Positions 1 to 10,137 of a stretch of DNA of 64,000 bases are shown here, piece by piece. A program made the translations under genes and the position numbers. Positions within the stretch are counted from its first letter, which is position 1. Each line of letters opens with the position of its first letter. This stretch comes from Dehalococcoidia bacterium. Lineage in GTDB: Bacteria > Chloroflexota > Dehalococcoidia > DSTF01 > JACRBR01. The notes beneath the pieces are model-generated. The model ran no database searches. It saw only the letters and a program-made list of their open reading frames with translations, and was not told the DNA's origin. The stretch lies in the NCBI GenBank assembly GCA_041494685.1, contig JBGQBE010000005.1:1-64000 (forward strand), read 5' to 3'.

Positions 1-1
1 A

Positions 2-77
2 TGGTGGAGCCGAGGGGGCTCGAACCCCTGACCTCAACACTGCCAGTGTTGCGCTCTCCCAATTGAGCTACGGCCCC
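2..77 (-). tRNA. tRNA-Ala (GGC)
   Basis: Reverse complement GGGGCCGTAGCTCAATTGGGAGAGCGCAACACTGGCAGTGTTGAGGTCAGGGGTTCGAGCCCCCTCGGCTCCACCA: cloverleaf, anticodon GGC, G3:U70 pair, encoded CCA. Confidence 0.97.
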
Positions 78-188
78 ACGCGGCGCGGCTTTGGAGTGCG
101 CTGCATGCTAACAAGCGGCCCCGCGCCCGGCAACTTGGGGAACCCCCCTGCCCGCGCCTTGAACGAGCCCATGCTAGGCTGATCGTTC

Positions 189-1523
189 ATGGCGACGACT
201 ACCACTACCGCGCCCGCCGCTCCGCGCTTCCGCTTTCGCCTGCCCGAGTCCGTCTCGGTGCTGCGCGAGCGGGACTTCCGCGTCGTCTGGATCGGCCAGG
301 CCATCTCGATGGTCGGCACCTGGATGCAGATGGTGGCGCAGGGCATCCTGGTCCTCCAGCTCTGGAACTCCACCTTCGCCCTCGGCGCGCTGAACTTCGC
401 CAACGCCATCCCGAGCCTGATCGTCATGCTCTTCGGCGGCGTGCTGGCGGACCGCATGGAGAAGCGCCGGATCCTGGTGGTCACGCAAGCGGTGATGATG
501 GTCACGGCGCTGGCCATCGGCGTGATGGTGCTGACCGACTCGGTCGAGTACTGGATGCTGATCGCCGCGACGATCGTGCTGGGCATCGCGTTCGGCTACG
601 ACATGCCGGCCTACGGCGCGCTGATGCCGGAGCTGGTGCCGCCGGAGAAGATCGGCCAAGCCGTGGCGCTCAACTCCTCGACGTTCCACGGCACCCGTAT
701 GGTGGGGCCGGCGGTGGCCGCGGCGGCGGTGGCGGTCTTCGGCCTCGCGGCCGCGTACTTCCTGAACGCCGCGAGCTTCGTCGCCGTAATCCTGAGCCTG
801 CTGATCATCAAGCACCGCCCCCGCCCGAACGCGGGGATGCAACACATGTCCGCCATCGACGGGCTGAAGGCGGGACTGGCGCACGTGCGCGGCCGCCCGA
901 ACGTGCGCGCCATGCTGCTGCTGACGGGGCTGAACACGACCTTCCTGTTTCCCATCTCGGCCGTGCTGACGCCGTTCTACGTGAAGAACGTGCTGCACCA
1001 GGGCCCGGGCGTGCTGGGCCTCGCGTGGGCCGGCTCCGGGCTGGGGTCGCTGCTGGGGGCGCTGGTGTTGATCTGGTGGAACCAGGAGTACCGCGTCCTT
1101 CGCATCTGCCTCGGCGCGGCCGTGGGCCCGGTCGCGCTGCTGATCCTGGCGATCACGCGGGAGCCGCTGGTGGCGATCGCCACACTTCCGTTCCTCTCGT
1201 TTGCCTTCTCGTCGCAGCTGGGCATCTACCAGACGATGATCCAGGAATCGACGCCGGCCGAGTACCGCGGGCGGGTGATGTCGCTGAACGGCATCACGTT
1301 CAACGGCACCATGCCGATCGCGGCGCTGGTGGCATCGGGCGCGGCCGCGTATGCCGGCCTGCCGGCGGTAATCGTGGCGTGCGCGGTGCTGTTCGCGCTG
1401 ACCTCAGTAGCGGTGCTGCGCTTCGCGGGCGGCGGCATCGGGCGCGTGGTGGCGGAGTCGCACGAGGAGTTCCGCGCGCTCTCGGCGGAGACGATCGCGT
1501 ACGGCGGGCACCCTCAGCGCTAG
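189..1523 (+). CDS. MFS transporter (EntS/MefA-like, 12 TM)
   Basis: Motif A GGVLADRMEKRR, ~12 hydrophobic segments, C-terminal PAEYRGRV. Confidence 0.9.
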   Translation: MATTTTTAPAAPRFRFRLPESVSVLRERDFRVVWIGQAISMVGTWMQMVAQGILVLQLWNSTFALGALNFANAIPSLIVMLFGGVLADRMEKRRILVVTQAVMMVTALAIGVMVLTDSVEYWMLIAATIVLGIAFGYDMPAYGALMPELVPPEKIGQAVALNSSTFHGTRMVGPAVAAAAVAVFGLAAAYFLNAASFVAVILSLLIIKHRPRPNAGMQHMSAIDGLKAGLAHVRGRPNVRAMLLLTGLNTTFLFPISAVLTPFYVKNVLHQGPGVLGLAWAGSGLGSLLGALVLIWWNQEYRVLRICLGAAVGPVALLILAITREPLVAIATLPFLSFAFSSQLGIYQTMIQESTPAEYRGRVMSLNGITFNGTMPIAALVASGAAAYAGLPAVIVACAVLFALTSVAVLRFAGGGIGRVVAESHEEFRALSAETIAYGGHPQR

Positions 1524-1545
1524 AGATCAGATCCCGGTCCGGCGG

Positions 1546-2022
1546 CTACCCGCCCGCGAGCAGCTCCGTCACGACATCGTTGATCGCGCGGCCGTCCGCG
1601 CGGCCCTTGAGCCGGGCGATCGCCTTCGGCATGACCTTCGCCTTGTCCCCGGGCCCGCTCGCGCCGGTCTCGGCGATCACGGCGCGCACCTCCGCGACGA
1701 TCTCATCACGGCTCGCCTGGGCGGGCAGGTACGCCACCAGGATCGCCAGTTCGGCCTCCTCGCGGCTCGCCAGGTCCTCCCGCTTCCCTTTGCGGTACTC
1801 CCCGATGCTCTCGCGCCGCTGCTTGGCCTGCTTTTGTATCACGTCCAGCACGTCGCCATCGGCGAGATCCTGGCGCGTCGCGGATGCGTCCTTCACGTTG
1901 ACGCGGTCGATCTCGGTCCGGCTCACGGCCGTGAGCAGACCGCGGATGGTGTCACGCCGTACCGCATCGCCGGCACGCATGGCGTCCTTCAGGTCACTGG
2001 AAAGCTGTTCCTTGAGTCCCAT
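1546..2022 (-). CDS. GatB/YqeY domain-containing protein
   Basis: MGLKEQLSSDLKDAMRAGD...KQAKQRRESI...E(L)AIL..YLP...GRADG; start re-picked at ATG 2022. Confidence 0.9.
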   Translation of the reverse strand: MGLKEQLSSDLKDAMRAGDAVRRDTIRGLLTAVSRTEIDRVNVKDASATRQDLADGDVLDVIQKQAKQRRESIGEYRKGKREDLASREEAELAILVAYLPAQASRDEIVAEVRAVIAETGASGPGDKAKVMPKAIARLKGRADGRAINDVVTELLAGG

Positions 2023-2272
2023 GGCACCGCCCCTGCCGGGCGCCTCCCTCCCGCTACCCGCCTCAGCGGCGCTGATCCCGGGCATGGTACCGCGCCCGGC
2101 CCGGCTCCGGAGCGAAGGCCGCCAGCCCGCGCTCAGGCGCTCCAATCCTCGAATCCGAGCGGTCGCAGGGGACTCGGCCCGCCCGAATGTGTTGCCCGGA
2201 ACGCTGCGGATGTGCGGGGCACGTGCCGAACATGCTTCTATAGAACGCGATTCCCGGATCGAGGAGACGGTC

Positions 2273-2752
2273 ATGTTCAAGCGTATGCTTGTCCCCATCG
2301 ATGGCAGCCATTCGTCGGCTGCGGTCGTCCCGCTGGCTTCAGAGCTGGCCCGCCGGCTGCAGTGCAGCGTGGACATCGTCCTCGTGGAGCCCGTGACGGG
2401 CGCCAAGCTCCCGCACCCGGAGCACCACCGCCCGCAGCCAAAGAAAGTCTCAGGCGAAGCCGGATCGCTGGTCCTCGGCTCGTCCACGCCGCGACACGTG
2501 CGCGAGGCGAACGAGCGCTACGTCCAGCGCCACGTCGAGGAGTTCGAGGCGGCTGGAGTCAATGCCAGCGGCCAGGTCGTCTGCGGCAACGCTGCCGACG
2601 AGATCCTGCGGGCGGCGTTGGATCTGCGGTCGGATGTGATCGCCATGACCACGCGGAAGCTCAGCAACTTCGCCCGGCGCGAGACCGGCAGCATCGCGGA
2701 AGAGGTGCTGTGGCGGTCCAAGCTGCCGGTGCTGCTCATCGCCCAGGGCTAA
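2273..2752 (+). CDS. Universal stress protein (UspA family)
   Basis: MFKRMLVPIDGS N-terminus, GSIAEEVL..SKLPVLLI C-terminus; GAGGAG SD upstream. Confidence 0.9.
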   Translation: MFKRMLVPIDGSHSSAAVVPLASELARRLQCSVDIVLVEPVTGAKLPHPEHHRPQPKKVSGEAGSLVLGSSTPRHVREANERYVQRHVEEFEAAGVNASGQVVCGNAADEILRAALDLRSDVIAMTTRKLSNFARRETGSIAEEVLWRSKLPVLLIAQG

Positions 2753-3152
2753 CGCCGGACGGACACCGTACACGCAACCGAAGCGCCCGCGACGCGGGCG
2801 TTTCCCGTTGTGGAGGCCGACGATCGCGCGTGCCTGGAACTTCCGTTGGCTACCCGTCGTCTACCTGACGGCGAAGCGTCCGGTTCGGAGCTCTTCGCTG
2901 CCGCACGATGCGGCTGTCCTGATCGCCGCGGCGCGCAGTCGGCCCGGGCGGACAGGACGCAGCGATGGCGGAGCGCCCCCCGGCCGGCGCCCAGGCGGTT
3001 GTTCGAGTCCCTTGCCCTGCTGTCTGCCGCCTGCCAGTTGCGTCCGGAATGGTGACCGTCCGGGACGCTCCGCCATCGCTCGTAGCGCCGCCTCCTTGTC
3101 GCGGGGGGCGCCGGAGCCACGTGATACCATGCCGCATGCGGTGGGGTGGCGG

Positions 3153-4319
3153 ATGAAACGGGGCATGATATCGCCGGCGGCCGGCGCCCTGCTGGCATGC
3201 GCCGCACTTGCGGCCGCGGTGATGAACGGCGCATGCGCCAGCTCCGCCAGGCCGGCAGCGCCTGCGCCATCCTCGGCGCCTCACACGGCCGCCCCGGGCG
3301 TCACCGTCGAGGCGCTCGGCCCCACACCCACATCGCCGGCGCCGTCGCTCGTGCGGCCCGACCCGCCCGGCTTGCTCCAGGGCGCCTTGGTCGCCGGGAC
3401 GGCCGAGCCAGGACGTTGCCCCGAACCCTACGTCACGCCGATCGGCCCCCCGCCGACGCCCGCGGCCGACGATGGCACGCCCGTGCCGGAGCGCATCGCC
3501 CATGCGGAGGCGACGGACGTGCCGCAGCCCACCACCACGCCGGCGCTGCCGCCGTCACGGCCGGACGCCACGCTGGAAGAGCGGATCCGCGCGCGGCTGG
3601 GCGACGCGGCCGGCCACTACGCCATCGTAATCAAGGACCTGCGCGACGGGCGCAGCGTCGAGATCGATCCGAACCGCGTCTTCTACGCTGCCAGCCTGTT
3701 CAAGCTGGAGGTGATGTACGAGATCTTTCACCAGCGCCAGGCCGGCCTGCTGGATTTCGGCGAGCGGTACGTCGCCAGCGACTACTACTCCGGCTTCGAC
3801 CTCGGCCCCCACCTCGTCGGCCAGTGCGCGACCGTGAGCATCGCCGACCTGCTGGGCGCCATGATGTCGGTCAGCGACAACGTCGCCGCGGTCATGCTGC
3901 AGGACCGCGCGGGCGCGGGCAACGTCAACAACGCCATGGCGGCGCTGGGGCTGGAGCAGACGAGGCTCACCGAAGACGGCTCGCTGCCGGCCACCGCCGG
4001 CGACCTGGCGCGCCTCCTGGAGCTGATCGCCCGCGGGATGGCGGTGGACCGCGACGCCAGCAAGGGAATGGCGGACCTGATGGCCACGGAGAAGATCGAC
4101 GACCGCATCCCGCAGGGCCTGCCGGCCGGCACGCTGGTCGCGCACAAGACGGGCAACTGGGACAACGCCACGCACGACGCGGGCATCGTCTACGGCGACA
4201 AGTCCGCGTACGTCATCGTGCTGATGTCCGACATCGGCCTGGAAGGCGATGCCGGCGCCGCCGCGGCGATGGAAGCGGACATCACGAAGATCGCGTTCGA
4301 CTACTTCGAGGGGCCGTAG
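3153..4319 (+). CDS. Serine hydrolase of the class A beta-lactamase/PBP superfamily with Pro-rich N-terminal extension
   Basis: SxxK (ASLFK), SDN and HKTG motifs; signal-like N-terminus; start uncertain. Confidence 0.85.
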   Translation: MKRGMISPAAGALLACAALAAAVMNGACASSARPAAPAPSSAPHTAAPGVTVEALGPTPTSPAPSLVRPDPPGLLQGALVAGTAEPGRCPEPYVTPIGPPPTPAADDGTPVPERIAHAEATDVPQPTTTPALPPSRPDATLEERIRARLGDAAGHYAIVIKDLRDGRSVEIDPNRVFYAASLFKLEVMYEIFHQRQAGLLDFGERYVASDYYSGFDLGPHLVGQCATVSIADLLGAMMSVSDNVAAVMLQDRAGAGNVNNAMAALGLEQTRLTEDGSLPATAGDLARLLELIARGMAVDRDASKGMADLMATEKIDDRIPQGLPAGTLVAHKTGNWDNATHDAGIVYGDKSAYVIVLMSDIGLEGDAGAAAAMEADITKIAFDYFEGP

Positions 4320-4324
4320 CGCCG

Positions 4325-5515
4325 TTAGCGCGCGGCGAGCAGGTCGACGACGCGGTCGAGGATGCGCTGCGCCACGTCGTACTTCGGGAGTAGCGGCAAC
4401 TCCTGCACGGTACCCTCCGCGTCGATCAGCATCACGAGGTTCGTGTCCGCCGCGAAGCCCGCGTTCGGCGCGGTGACGTCGTTCGCGACGATCAGATCCA
4501 ACCCCTTCTTCGCGATCTTCGCCTCGGCGTTCTCGCGCACGTGCTGCGTCTCCGCCGCGAAGCCGACCTTCACGAAGCGGCCCTTCAGCCCGGCGAGAAT
4601 GTCAGCGTTCGGGACCAGCTCCACGGCGATGGCTTCACCGCTGCGTTTGATCTTCTGATCGGCGGGGCGCGACGGGCGGAAATCGGCCGGTGCGGCGGCC
4701 ATGATCAGCACGTCGCAGCCGCGCGACGCCGCCGTCATGGCCTCCGCCATTTCGGCGGTCGTGTTCACGTCGACTCGGTCCACGCCGTACGGCGTCGGCA
4801 GCGCCACCGGACCGCTCACCAGCGTCACGGCCGCGCCGCGGTCACGGGCGGCCTCGGCAATTGCGAAGCCCATCTTGCCGGAGGAGCGGTTGCCCACGAA
4901 GCGGACGGGGTCGATCGGTTCGTGGGTCCCGCCCGCGCTTACGACGACGCGCCTGCCCGCCAGGTCGCCGCGCGCGCCGAGCACGCCACGTATGGCGCCG
5001 ATGATCGTCGCGGTCTCCGCAAGCCGGCCGAGGCCCATGTGGCCGCTCGCCAGCCGCCCTTCCTCCGGGCCGACGAAGATGACGCCGCGCTGGCGCAGCG
5101 TCGCAACGTTCGCGGCGGTGGCGGCGTGTTCCCACATCTGGCCGTCCATCGCCGGCGCAATCAGCACAGGTGCGGTCGTGGCCAGCGCCGTAAGCGCAAC
5201 CATGTTGTCGGCCAGCCCGTACGCCAGGCGGGCCAGCGTCGTCGCGCTCGCCGGCGCGATCACGACAGCGTCCGCGCCGCGGGCGAGCTCCACGTGCTCC
5301 TCGGCGATGGGTGACTGCGGGTCGAACATATCGGTGTAGACGGGACGCGCCGTGAGCGCGCGAAACGTCAGCGGCGTGACGAACTTCTGTGCGGCGTCGG
5401 TGAGCACCACATCGACGGCCGCGCCGGCCTGCGTGAGCTTGCTGGCGAGGTCCACCGCCTTGTAGCTGGCGATACTCCCGCAAACACCGAGGATGATCCG
5501 CTTGCCTTGTAGCAT
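4325..5515 (-). CDS. coaBC: Bifunctional phosphopantothenoylcysteine decarboxylase/ligase
   Basis: GVCGSIASYKA, PAMDGQMW, TxEPIDPVRF.GNRSSGKMG, VGFAAET. Confidence 0.96.
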   Translation of the reverse strand: MLQGKRIILGVCGSIASYKAVDLASKLTQAGAAVDVVLTDAAQKFVTPLTFRALTARPVYTDMFDPQSPIAEEHVELARGADAVVIAPASATTLARLAYGLADNMVALTALATTAPVLIAPAMDGQMWEHAATAANVATLRQRGVIFVGPEEGRLASGHMGLGRLAETATIIGAIRGVLGARGDLAGRRVVVSAGGTHEPIDPVRFVGNRSSGKMGFAIAEAARDRGAAVTLVSGPVALPTPYGVDRVDVNTTAEMAEAMTAASRGCDVLIMAAAPADFRPSRPADQKIKRSGEAIAVELVPNADILAGLKGRFVKVGFAAETQHVRENAEAKIAKKGLDLIVANDVTAPNAGFAADTNLVMLIDAEGTVQELPLLPKYDVAQRILDRVVDLLAAR

Positions 5516-5516
5516 G

Positions 5517-6293
5517 TCAGTCCCGCCGCGCATTCATCTCGTGCAGCAGGCGCAGGCCCGTCAGCGTGAGGTTCTCGTCGACCGCATCGAAAACGTGGGT
5601 TTCCTTCGCCAGCCGCTCGGCCCAGCCGCCCGTGGCGATGACGCGGGCGTGCCCGCCCAGCTCCTTCTTGAAACGGACCACCATGCCCTCGATCAGGCCC
5701 ACGTAGCCGAACAGCGTGCCCGACTGGATCGCCGCCACGGTGTTCTTGCCGATGGCGTTCTTCGGCCGCTCCAACTCGACGCGGTACAGCTTCGCCGCCC
5801 GCTCGAACAGCGCCTCCGACGCGATGCCGATGCCGGGGGCGATGGCGCCGCCCAGGTAGTCGCCATCGGCCGAAACCGCATCGAACACGGTGGCGGTGCC
5901 GAAGTCCACGATGATCAGCGGCGGCGGCCCGTACAGTTGTAGAGCGGCGACGACGTCCACGATGCGGTCCGCGCCCACCTCGCGCGGGTTGTCGTAGACG
6001 ATGCGGATGCCGGTGCGGGTGCCGGTGCCCACCACCAGCGGGTCGATGCCGAAGTAGCGGCGGCAGAGGTGCTCGAAGATCGGCGCCAGGTCCGGCACCA
6101 CGCTCGCCATCACGGCCTGGTCGATGGACTTGGGGCTGATATCGGCGGTGCCGAGCAGTCCCAGCACCGTGACGGCGTACTCATCCGTCAGCCGCTCGAT
6201 GTCGGTGGCGATGCGCCAGGTCGCCCGGACCTCGTCGCCCTCGAAGACGCCGATGGTGACGTTCGTGTTTCCCACGTCGAAGGCGATGAGCAA
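5517..6293 (-). CDS. coaX: Type III pantothenate kinase
   Basis: DVGNTN, GADR, DFGTAT, GGAIAPG; TTG start with GGAGG SD. Confidence 0.96.
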   Translation of the reverse strand: MLIAFDVGNTNVTIGVFEGDEVRATWRIATDIERLTDEYAVTVLGLLGTADISPKSIDQAVMASVVPDLAPIFEHLCRRYFGIDPLVVGTGTRTGIRIVYDNPREVGADRIVDVVAALQLYGPPPLIIVDFGTATVFDAVSADGDYLGGAIAPGIGIASEALFERAAKLYRVELERPKNAIGKNTVAAIQSGTLFGYVGLIEGMVVRFKKELGGHARVIATGGWAERLAKETHVFDAVDENLTLTGLRLLHEMNARRD

Positions 6294-6392
6294 CGCAACC
6301 TCCGGTTCCAGCAGCGAAAGTATATCAGCGGCTGTCCGGCGGCCTTCCGGAACGTCAAGCGCTCGGTCCGGGACGGGGAGAGGCAAGCGCCT

Positions 6393-7286
6393 TCAGCTCA
6401 CCGCGAATGCCGCGGCCCACGCCGGCGCGGTGTTGGTGGTGACGCGGTCGATCGCCGCGTCGAGCAGGCGGCGCAGCCATGCGGCATCGTCTGGCGCCCG
6501 GTAGTCCGCCGTCCAGACGTTCGCGCCGATGCCGCGCCCGTGCAGCCACGCCGCGGCGTCAAAGCCGTCGTCGAGCATTTGCAGCACCAGGCGGTAATCG
6601 AGAAAGAACTCACGCGAGCCAGGCGCCTGGGCCAGCAACGCCTCCATGCGCGCTGCCAGGTACACCGGCGCGGGGTCGCCGCGCCTCAGCGCCAGCGGAT
6701 GATCGTCGCGGTAGCCGTACGCCCCTGCGTTACGCGGCAGCGGACCCGGCCGCTCAGGCGCCAGGTAGTACCCCGGATCGAAGCCGGTCGCCGGCGCGCC
6801 CGGCGTGTCGCGCAGCAGGCGCAGGTTCCAGTCCTGGGGACAGGACACGATGACGCGCTCGCGCACCGGCGCTACGGCGTCGACGAGCGCACCGATGCGC
6901 TGCGGAGACATCAGCCGCAGATCCTTCCAGTCGAGCTGCATCTCCGTGTCGCAGCCGCGCGCCATCTCGACCACTTCGCTGAGCAGCGCCGGCCGGTCGT
7001 CCGGGAACTCTGTGTAGCGCAGGGCGCGGATCGCGTCCGGCGTCGCCGCGCCGATGGAGCCGCTGCCGGTCGTGTCGCCCTCAAGGCGCCGATCGTGGTA
7101 GACGGCGTAGTCGTCTCCGTCCAGCGAGTGGATGTCGATCTCGATGCGCCCGACGTTCAGGTCGAAGCACTCGCGGATCGCCGCAAGAGAGTTGCGGCGA
7201 TGGCGACCCGACAGCACGGCCATGTGGCACACCAGCAGCGGCGCACCGGGCACAGGCTGGACCGTGGGGACCGGCGATAGGCTCAT
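6393..7286 (-). CDS. Glycerophosphodiester phosphodiesterase-family protein (divergent)
   Basis: NSLAAI, IEIDIH, YHD, VWTAD, VTTN pattern of the GDPD TIM barrel; canonical HRG reads HMA. Confidence 0.7.
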   Translation of the reverse strand: MSLSPVPTVQPVPGAPLLVCHMAVLSGRHRRNSLAAIRECFDLNVGRIEIDIHSLDGDDYAVYHDRRLEGDTTGSGSIGAATPDAIRALRYTEFPDDRPALLSEVVEMARGCDTEMQLDWKDLRLMSPQRIGALVDAVAPVRERVIVSCPQDWNLRLLRDTPGAPATGFDPGYYLAPERPGPLPRNAGAYGYRDDHPLALRRGDPAPVYLAARMEALLAQAPGSREFFLDYRLVLQMLDDGFDAAAWLHGRGIGANVWTADYRAPDDAAWLRRLLDAAIDRVTTNTAPAWAAAFAVS

Positions 7287-7289
7287 GCT

Positions 7290-7544
7290 TCACACGTACG
7301 CCAGCGCGGCGACGAGCGCCTCGCGCAACGTCTCCGGGTCGATGGGCGCCTGCGCAACGATCCGCTCGCCGACCGCAACGGCCGGGATCACGTCGTTGTA
7401 GCGCGCGCGCAACGCGTCGTCGTCGTCTACGTCACGCTCGATGAGCGTGAAGCCGAGGTCGTCGCGCAGCCGGCGGAGTTCGATGGCGGTGTCGTCGCAG
7501 ATGCCACACAGGCGGCGTGTGTACAGGACGACGTCGCGGCTCAC
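7290..7544 (-). CDS. Glutaredoxin-like protein (DUF836 type)
   Basis: LYTRRLCGICDD CxxC, ERDVDDD...Y..IP; GTG start overlaps the lgt stop. Confidence 0.85.
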   Translation of the reverse strand: MSRDVVLYTRRLCGICDDTAIELRRLRDDLGFTLIERDVDDDDALRARYNDVIPAVAVGERIVAQAPIDPETLREALVAALAYV

Positions 7545-8470
7545 GCGCGGGACCGTGCCGACGAGCTCGACGGCGGGCGCTGGCCGGGCGACGGTGCGGG
7601 CGATGGTGCATCCTGCGGCTTGCGCCGCACCATCCAGATCAACCCGGCGAGGCCGACGAAGAACGTGCACATCGAGACGACCTGCGGGAACGTCTCCCAG
7701 TTCCTGATGATGTATGACGGGCACTGGTCTCCCCCGGCCGGGCAGGAGTCGATGCGCAGGTAGCTCACGCCGAAACGCATCGCGGAATACAGCACGACGC
7801 CCGCGAAGAACGTGATGCCGGGACGGTGTTGCCACAGCTTCACGAAGAGGTACGCCATGATGCCGATGATCAACAGGTCGCCGATCATCTCGTACGTCGT
7901 CGCCGGATGGCGCGCGATGTGCTGGCCCGTCGACGTGACCGAATACGGATAGCCCGGGCTGCTGGGGTTGGTGTACGCAACCGCCCACGGCAGGCTTGAC
8001 GGCTTCGCGATGTGCTCGCCATTGATGAAGTCGCCGATGCGGCCGATCGCCATGCCGAGCAGCAGTCCGATGCCTGCGACGTCGAGGCCGCGGGTGATCG
8101 GCATGCGCCGGATCCAGCCGTACGCCACCGCGCCCAGGATGCCGCCGATCGCCGCGCCGTAGATCGTGATGCCGCCCTCGTTGATCTTCAGCACGTCCAG
8201 CCACTGGCCCTCGAAGCGGATGTGGTTCTCCAGCACGAACATCGCGCGCGCGCCGACGATGCCCGCCGGCACGCCGACGAGGGCGATGCTGTAGGCGTCG
8301 TCCTCGGTGAAGCCCTCGCGCTTGCCCAGCCATCCGCACAGGTACACACCCGCGGCGATACCAACGGCGGTGAACACGCCGTGCCAGGAGAGCGTGAACG
8401 GCCCGAACTCGAAGATGTTGGGATCCCACGAGATCGTGATCGTGAGCAGGTGCAGCAGCAGACCCGGCAC
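7541..8470 (-). CDS. lgt: Prolipoprotein diacylglyceryl transferase
   Basis: GGITIYG, AIGRIGDFINGE, RHPATTYE motifs. Confidence 0.93.
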   Translation of the reverse strand: MPGLLLHLLTITISWDPNIFEFGPFTLSWHGVFTAVGIAAGVYLCGWLGKREGFTEDDAYSIALVGVPAGIVGARAMFVLENHIRFEGQWLDVLKINEGGITIYGAAIGGILGAVAYGWIRRMPITRGLDVAGIGLLLGMAIGRIGDFINGEHIAKPSSLPWAVAYTNPSSPGYPYSVTSTGQHIARHPATTYEMIGDLLIIGIMAYLFVKLWQHRPGITFFAGVVLYSAMRFGVSYLRIDSCPAGGDQCPSYIIRNWETFPQVVSMCTFFVGLAGLIWMVRRKPQDAPSPAPSPGQRPPSSSSARSRA

Positions 8471-10137
8471 TAGCGTTCCTCCTGTAGTTCCGGCGGGATG
8501 GCGACGCCCATGCGTGCCGCCAGTGTGCGCATGTCCTTCTCGAACCCACCGCTCTTCTCTGCGAGCGAGGCAATGTGGGTGCCGCGCTGGTCGAGCCGGA
8601 GCCAGAGCCGGCGGCGTGGCAGGTAGAAGGTTAGCGCAAGACCGAAGAGCAGCATAGCGGTGGCCACCCAGATGAACCACGAGCCGTAATCCCGCTTGAC
8701 GGCGATGCCCGCGAACGCGCGCTGGCCGACGAAGGTGTATTCGTACGGCCCCGCGATCGTCGCCTGCCCCGGGGCGAGCGAGATCGCGGGCCGCCCGTTC
8801 GACACGAGCATCAGCGATGACGTGCCATCCGGCTGCGTGTTCAGCTGCGCCAGCGTGTTCGCGCTGCCGCCGGGGAGGCCGACGCCGACCGCGGACGGCA
8901 GCGACGCTACGCGATCGAAGCGCAGCGTCAGTCCGCTCAGCGTGCCCGAGGCGCCCTGATCGATGCGCACCTGCTGGTCCTGACCGCCGCCCTTCGGGTC
9001 GAAGGCCACCAGCTGCCACGCCTGGTCGCCCCGCGCCGTGATGCCGATCCACACCACGCGGTCCGTGCCGGGGACCGAGACCAGCGCACCGCTGGCGGCG
9101 GAAAGGAAGTCCGTCGGGGCGATGGTATCGGTCAGCAGCGTGTGCCCCGCGGCATCGCTGATCGTGACGGCGGGCGCGGCCGTCGACTCTTCGAGCGAGA
9201 ACGTCTCGTGGAAGACGGTGTTGCCGGTCGCGACCTCGCGGATCTTCAACTCGGCGCCCCACGGGAAGAAGGCGATCTGGTGGAAGCGGTAGCCGCCGTA
9301 CTTGAACGGGTCGTTGACCGTCGTCGTGCCTTGCGCCACCTGCTGGCCGTTCTTGAAGATCGTCAGCCGCGTGCGGAAGTCCAGCGGGTTGCCCTGCGCG
9401 CCGAACTTGCCGATCGCATCATCGACGCGAACCTGCAGCTGGTTCGGGTTGCTCACGGCGAATACCGGCGTCGTCGTGCCGGCGCCGGCGAAGATCTCGG
9501 TGCTGAAGCCGGTGAACCAGGTGACGAGACCGCCGGAGATGAAGAGGATGAGCGCCAGGTGGCTGATGAAGGTCGCCAGCTGCGTCCACGGATAGCGGTC
9601 GGCGAACACGTAGGTCGCGCCGTCGCGCTCCTCCGCCTGGATCCGGAACCGCATGCGCTTCAGCGCGCGTACCAGCACGCTGGGCGCGACACCATCGAGC
9701 GTGGCGCGGTTGTGCGCGCGGTCGAAGAACGACTCCGGGACGCGGTGATTCGGGTGGAAGACGTTGCGGAACGTCGGCGCCCAACGGTTGAAAGTGCAGA
9801 CGCTGACGTTCACGACGAGAAAGCCCAGCGCGGCGAGGAACCACTTGGCGTGGAAGACCTCGAAGAACCCGAGCCGGTACATCGGATCCGTCAGCGGCCC
9901 AAACGTGCCGCGCTCCGAGTCAAGCCACACCGTGATCGCGGCGCGGTTGCCGCGCATCGCCTCCGGCACCTGCGGCACGAGCACGCCGATCAGCGCAAAC
10001 GTCGCGAGCGTGGCGATGAAGAACACCGCGAAGCGCACCGACGTCAGCGTCCGCCAGACGGGCTGGAACGGATCGAACGCCGCGCGGCGGGAAGGCGTCG
10101 CGGCCTTCGCGGCGGGCGTCGCACCATCCGCCGTCAT
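8470..10137 (-). CDS. resB: Cytochrome c biogenesis protein ResB/CcsB
   Basis: LTSVRFA...IGVLVPQ, CTFNR, TM His (SHLALILF), VNDPFKYGG, C-terminal TM then RRRLW; next to a ResA-like gene. Confidence 0.85.
   Translation of the reverse strand: MTADGATPAAKAATPSRRAAFDPFQPVWRTLTSVRFAVFFIATLATFALIGVLVPQVPEAMRGNRAAITVWLDSERGTFGPLTDPMYRLGFFEVFHAKWFLAALGFLVVNVSVCTFNRWAPTFRNVFHPNHRVPESFFDRAHNRATLDGVAPSVLVRALKRMRFRIQAEERDGATYVFADRYPWTQLATFISHLALILFISGGLVTWFTGFSTEIFAGAGTTTPVFAVSNPNQLQVRVDDAIGKFGAQGNPLDFRTRLTIFKNGQQVAQGTTTVNDPFKYGGYRFHQIAFFPWGAELKIREVATGNTVFHETFSLEESTAAPAVTISDAAGHTLLTDTIAPTDFLSAASGALVSVPGTDRVVWIGITARGDQAWQLVAFDPKGGGQDQQVRIDQGASGTLSGLTLRFDRVASLPSAVGVGLPGGSANTLAQLNTQPDGTSSLMLVSNGRPAISLAPGQATIAGPYEYTFVGQRAFAGIAVKRDYGSWFIWVATAMLLFGLALTFYLPRRRLWLRLDQRGTHIASLAEKSGGFEKDMRTLAARMGVAIPPELQEER

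Noticed and set aside
2753..3150. Possible ncRNA or small gene in the 400-bp gap after the USP gene
   Set aside because: Only generic GC hairpins and ORFs without coding-like composition; no recognisable RNA family.
3153..4319. Class A beta-lactamase resistance gene
   Set aside because: SxxK/SDN/KTG are present, but the omega loop is short with no ExxLN (E166/N170) motif, so a PBP-like serine hydrolase is more likely.
5030..5070. CoaBC inactive because the catalytic-loop Cys is missing (GRLASG rather than LACG)
   Set aside because: Cys-less variants of this loop are common in other phyla and the rest of the gene is intact.
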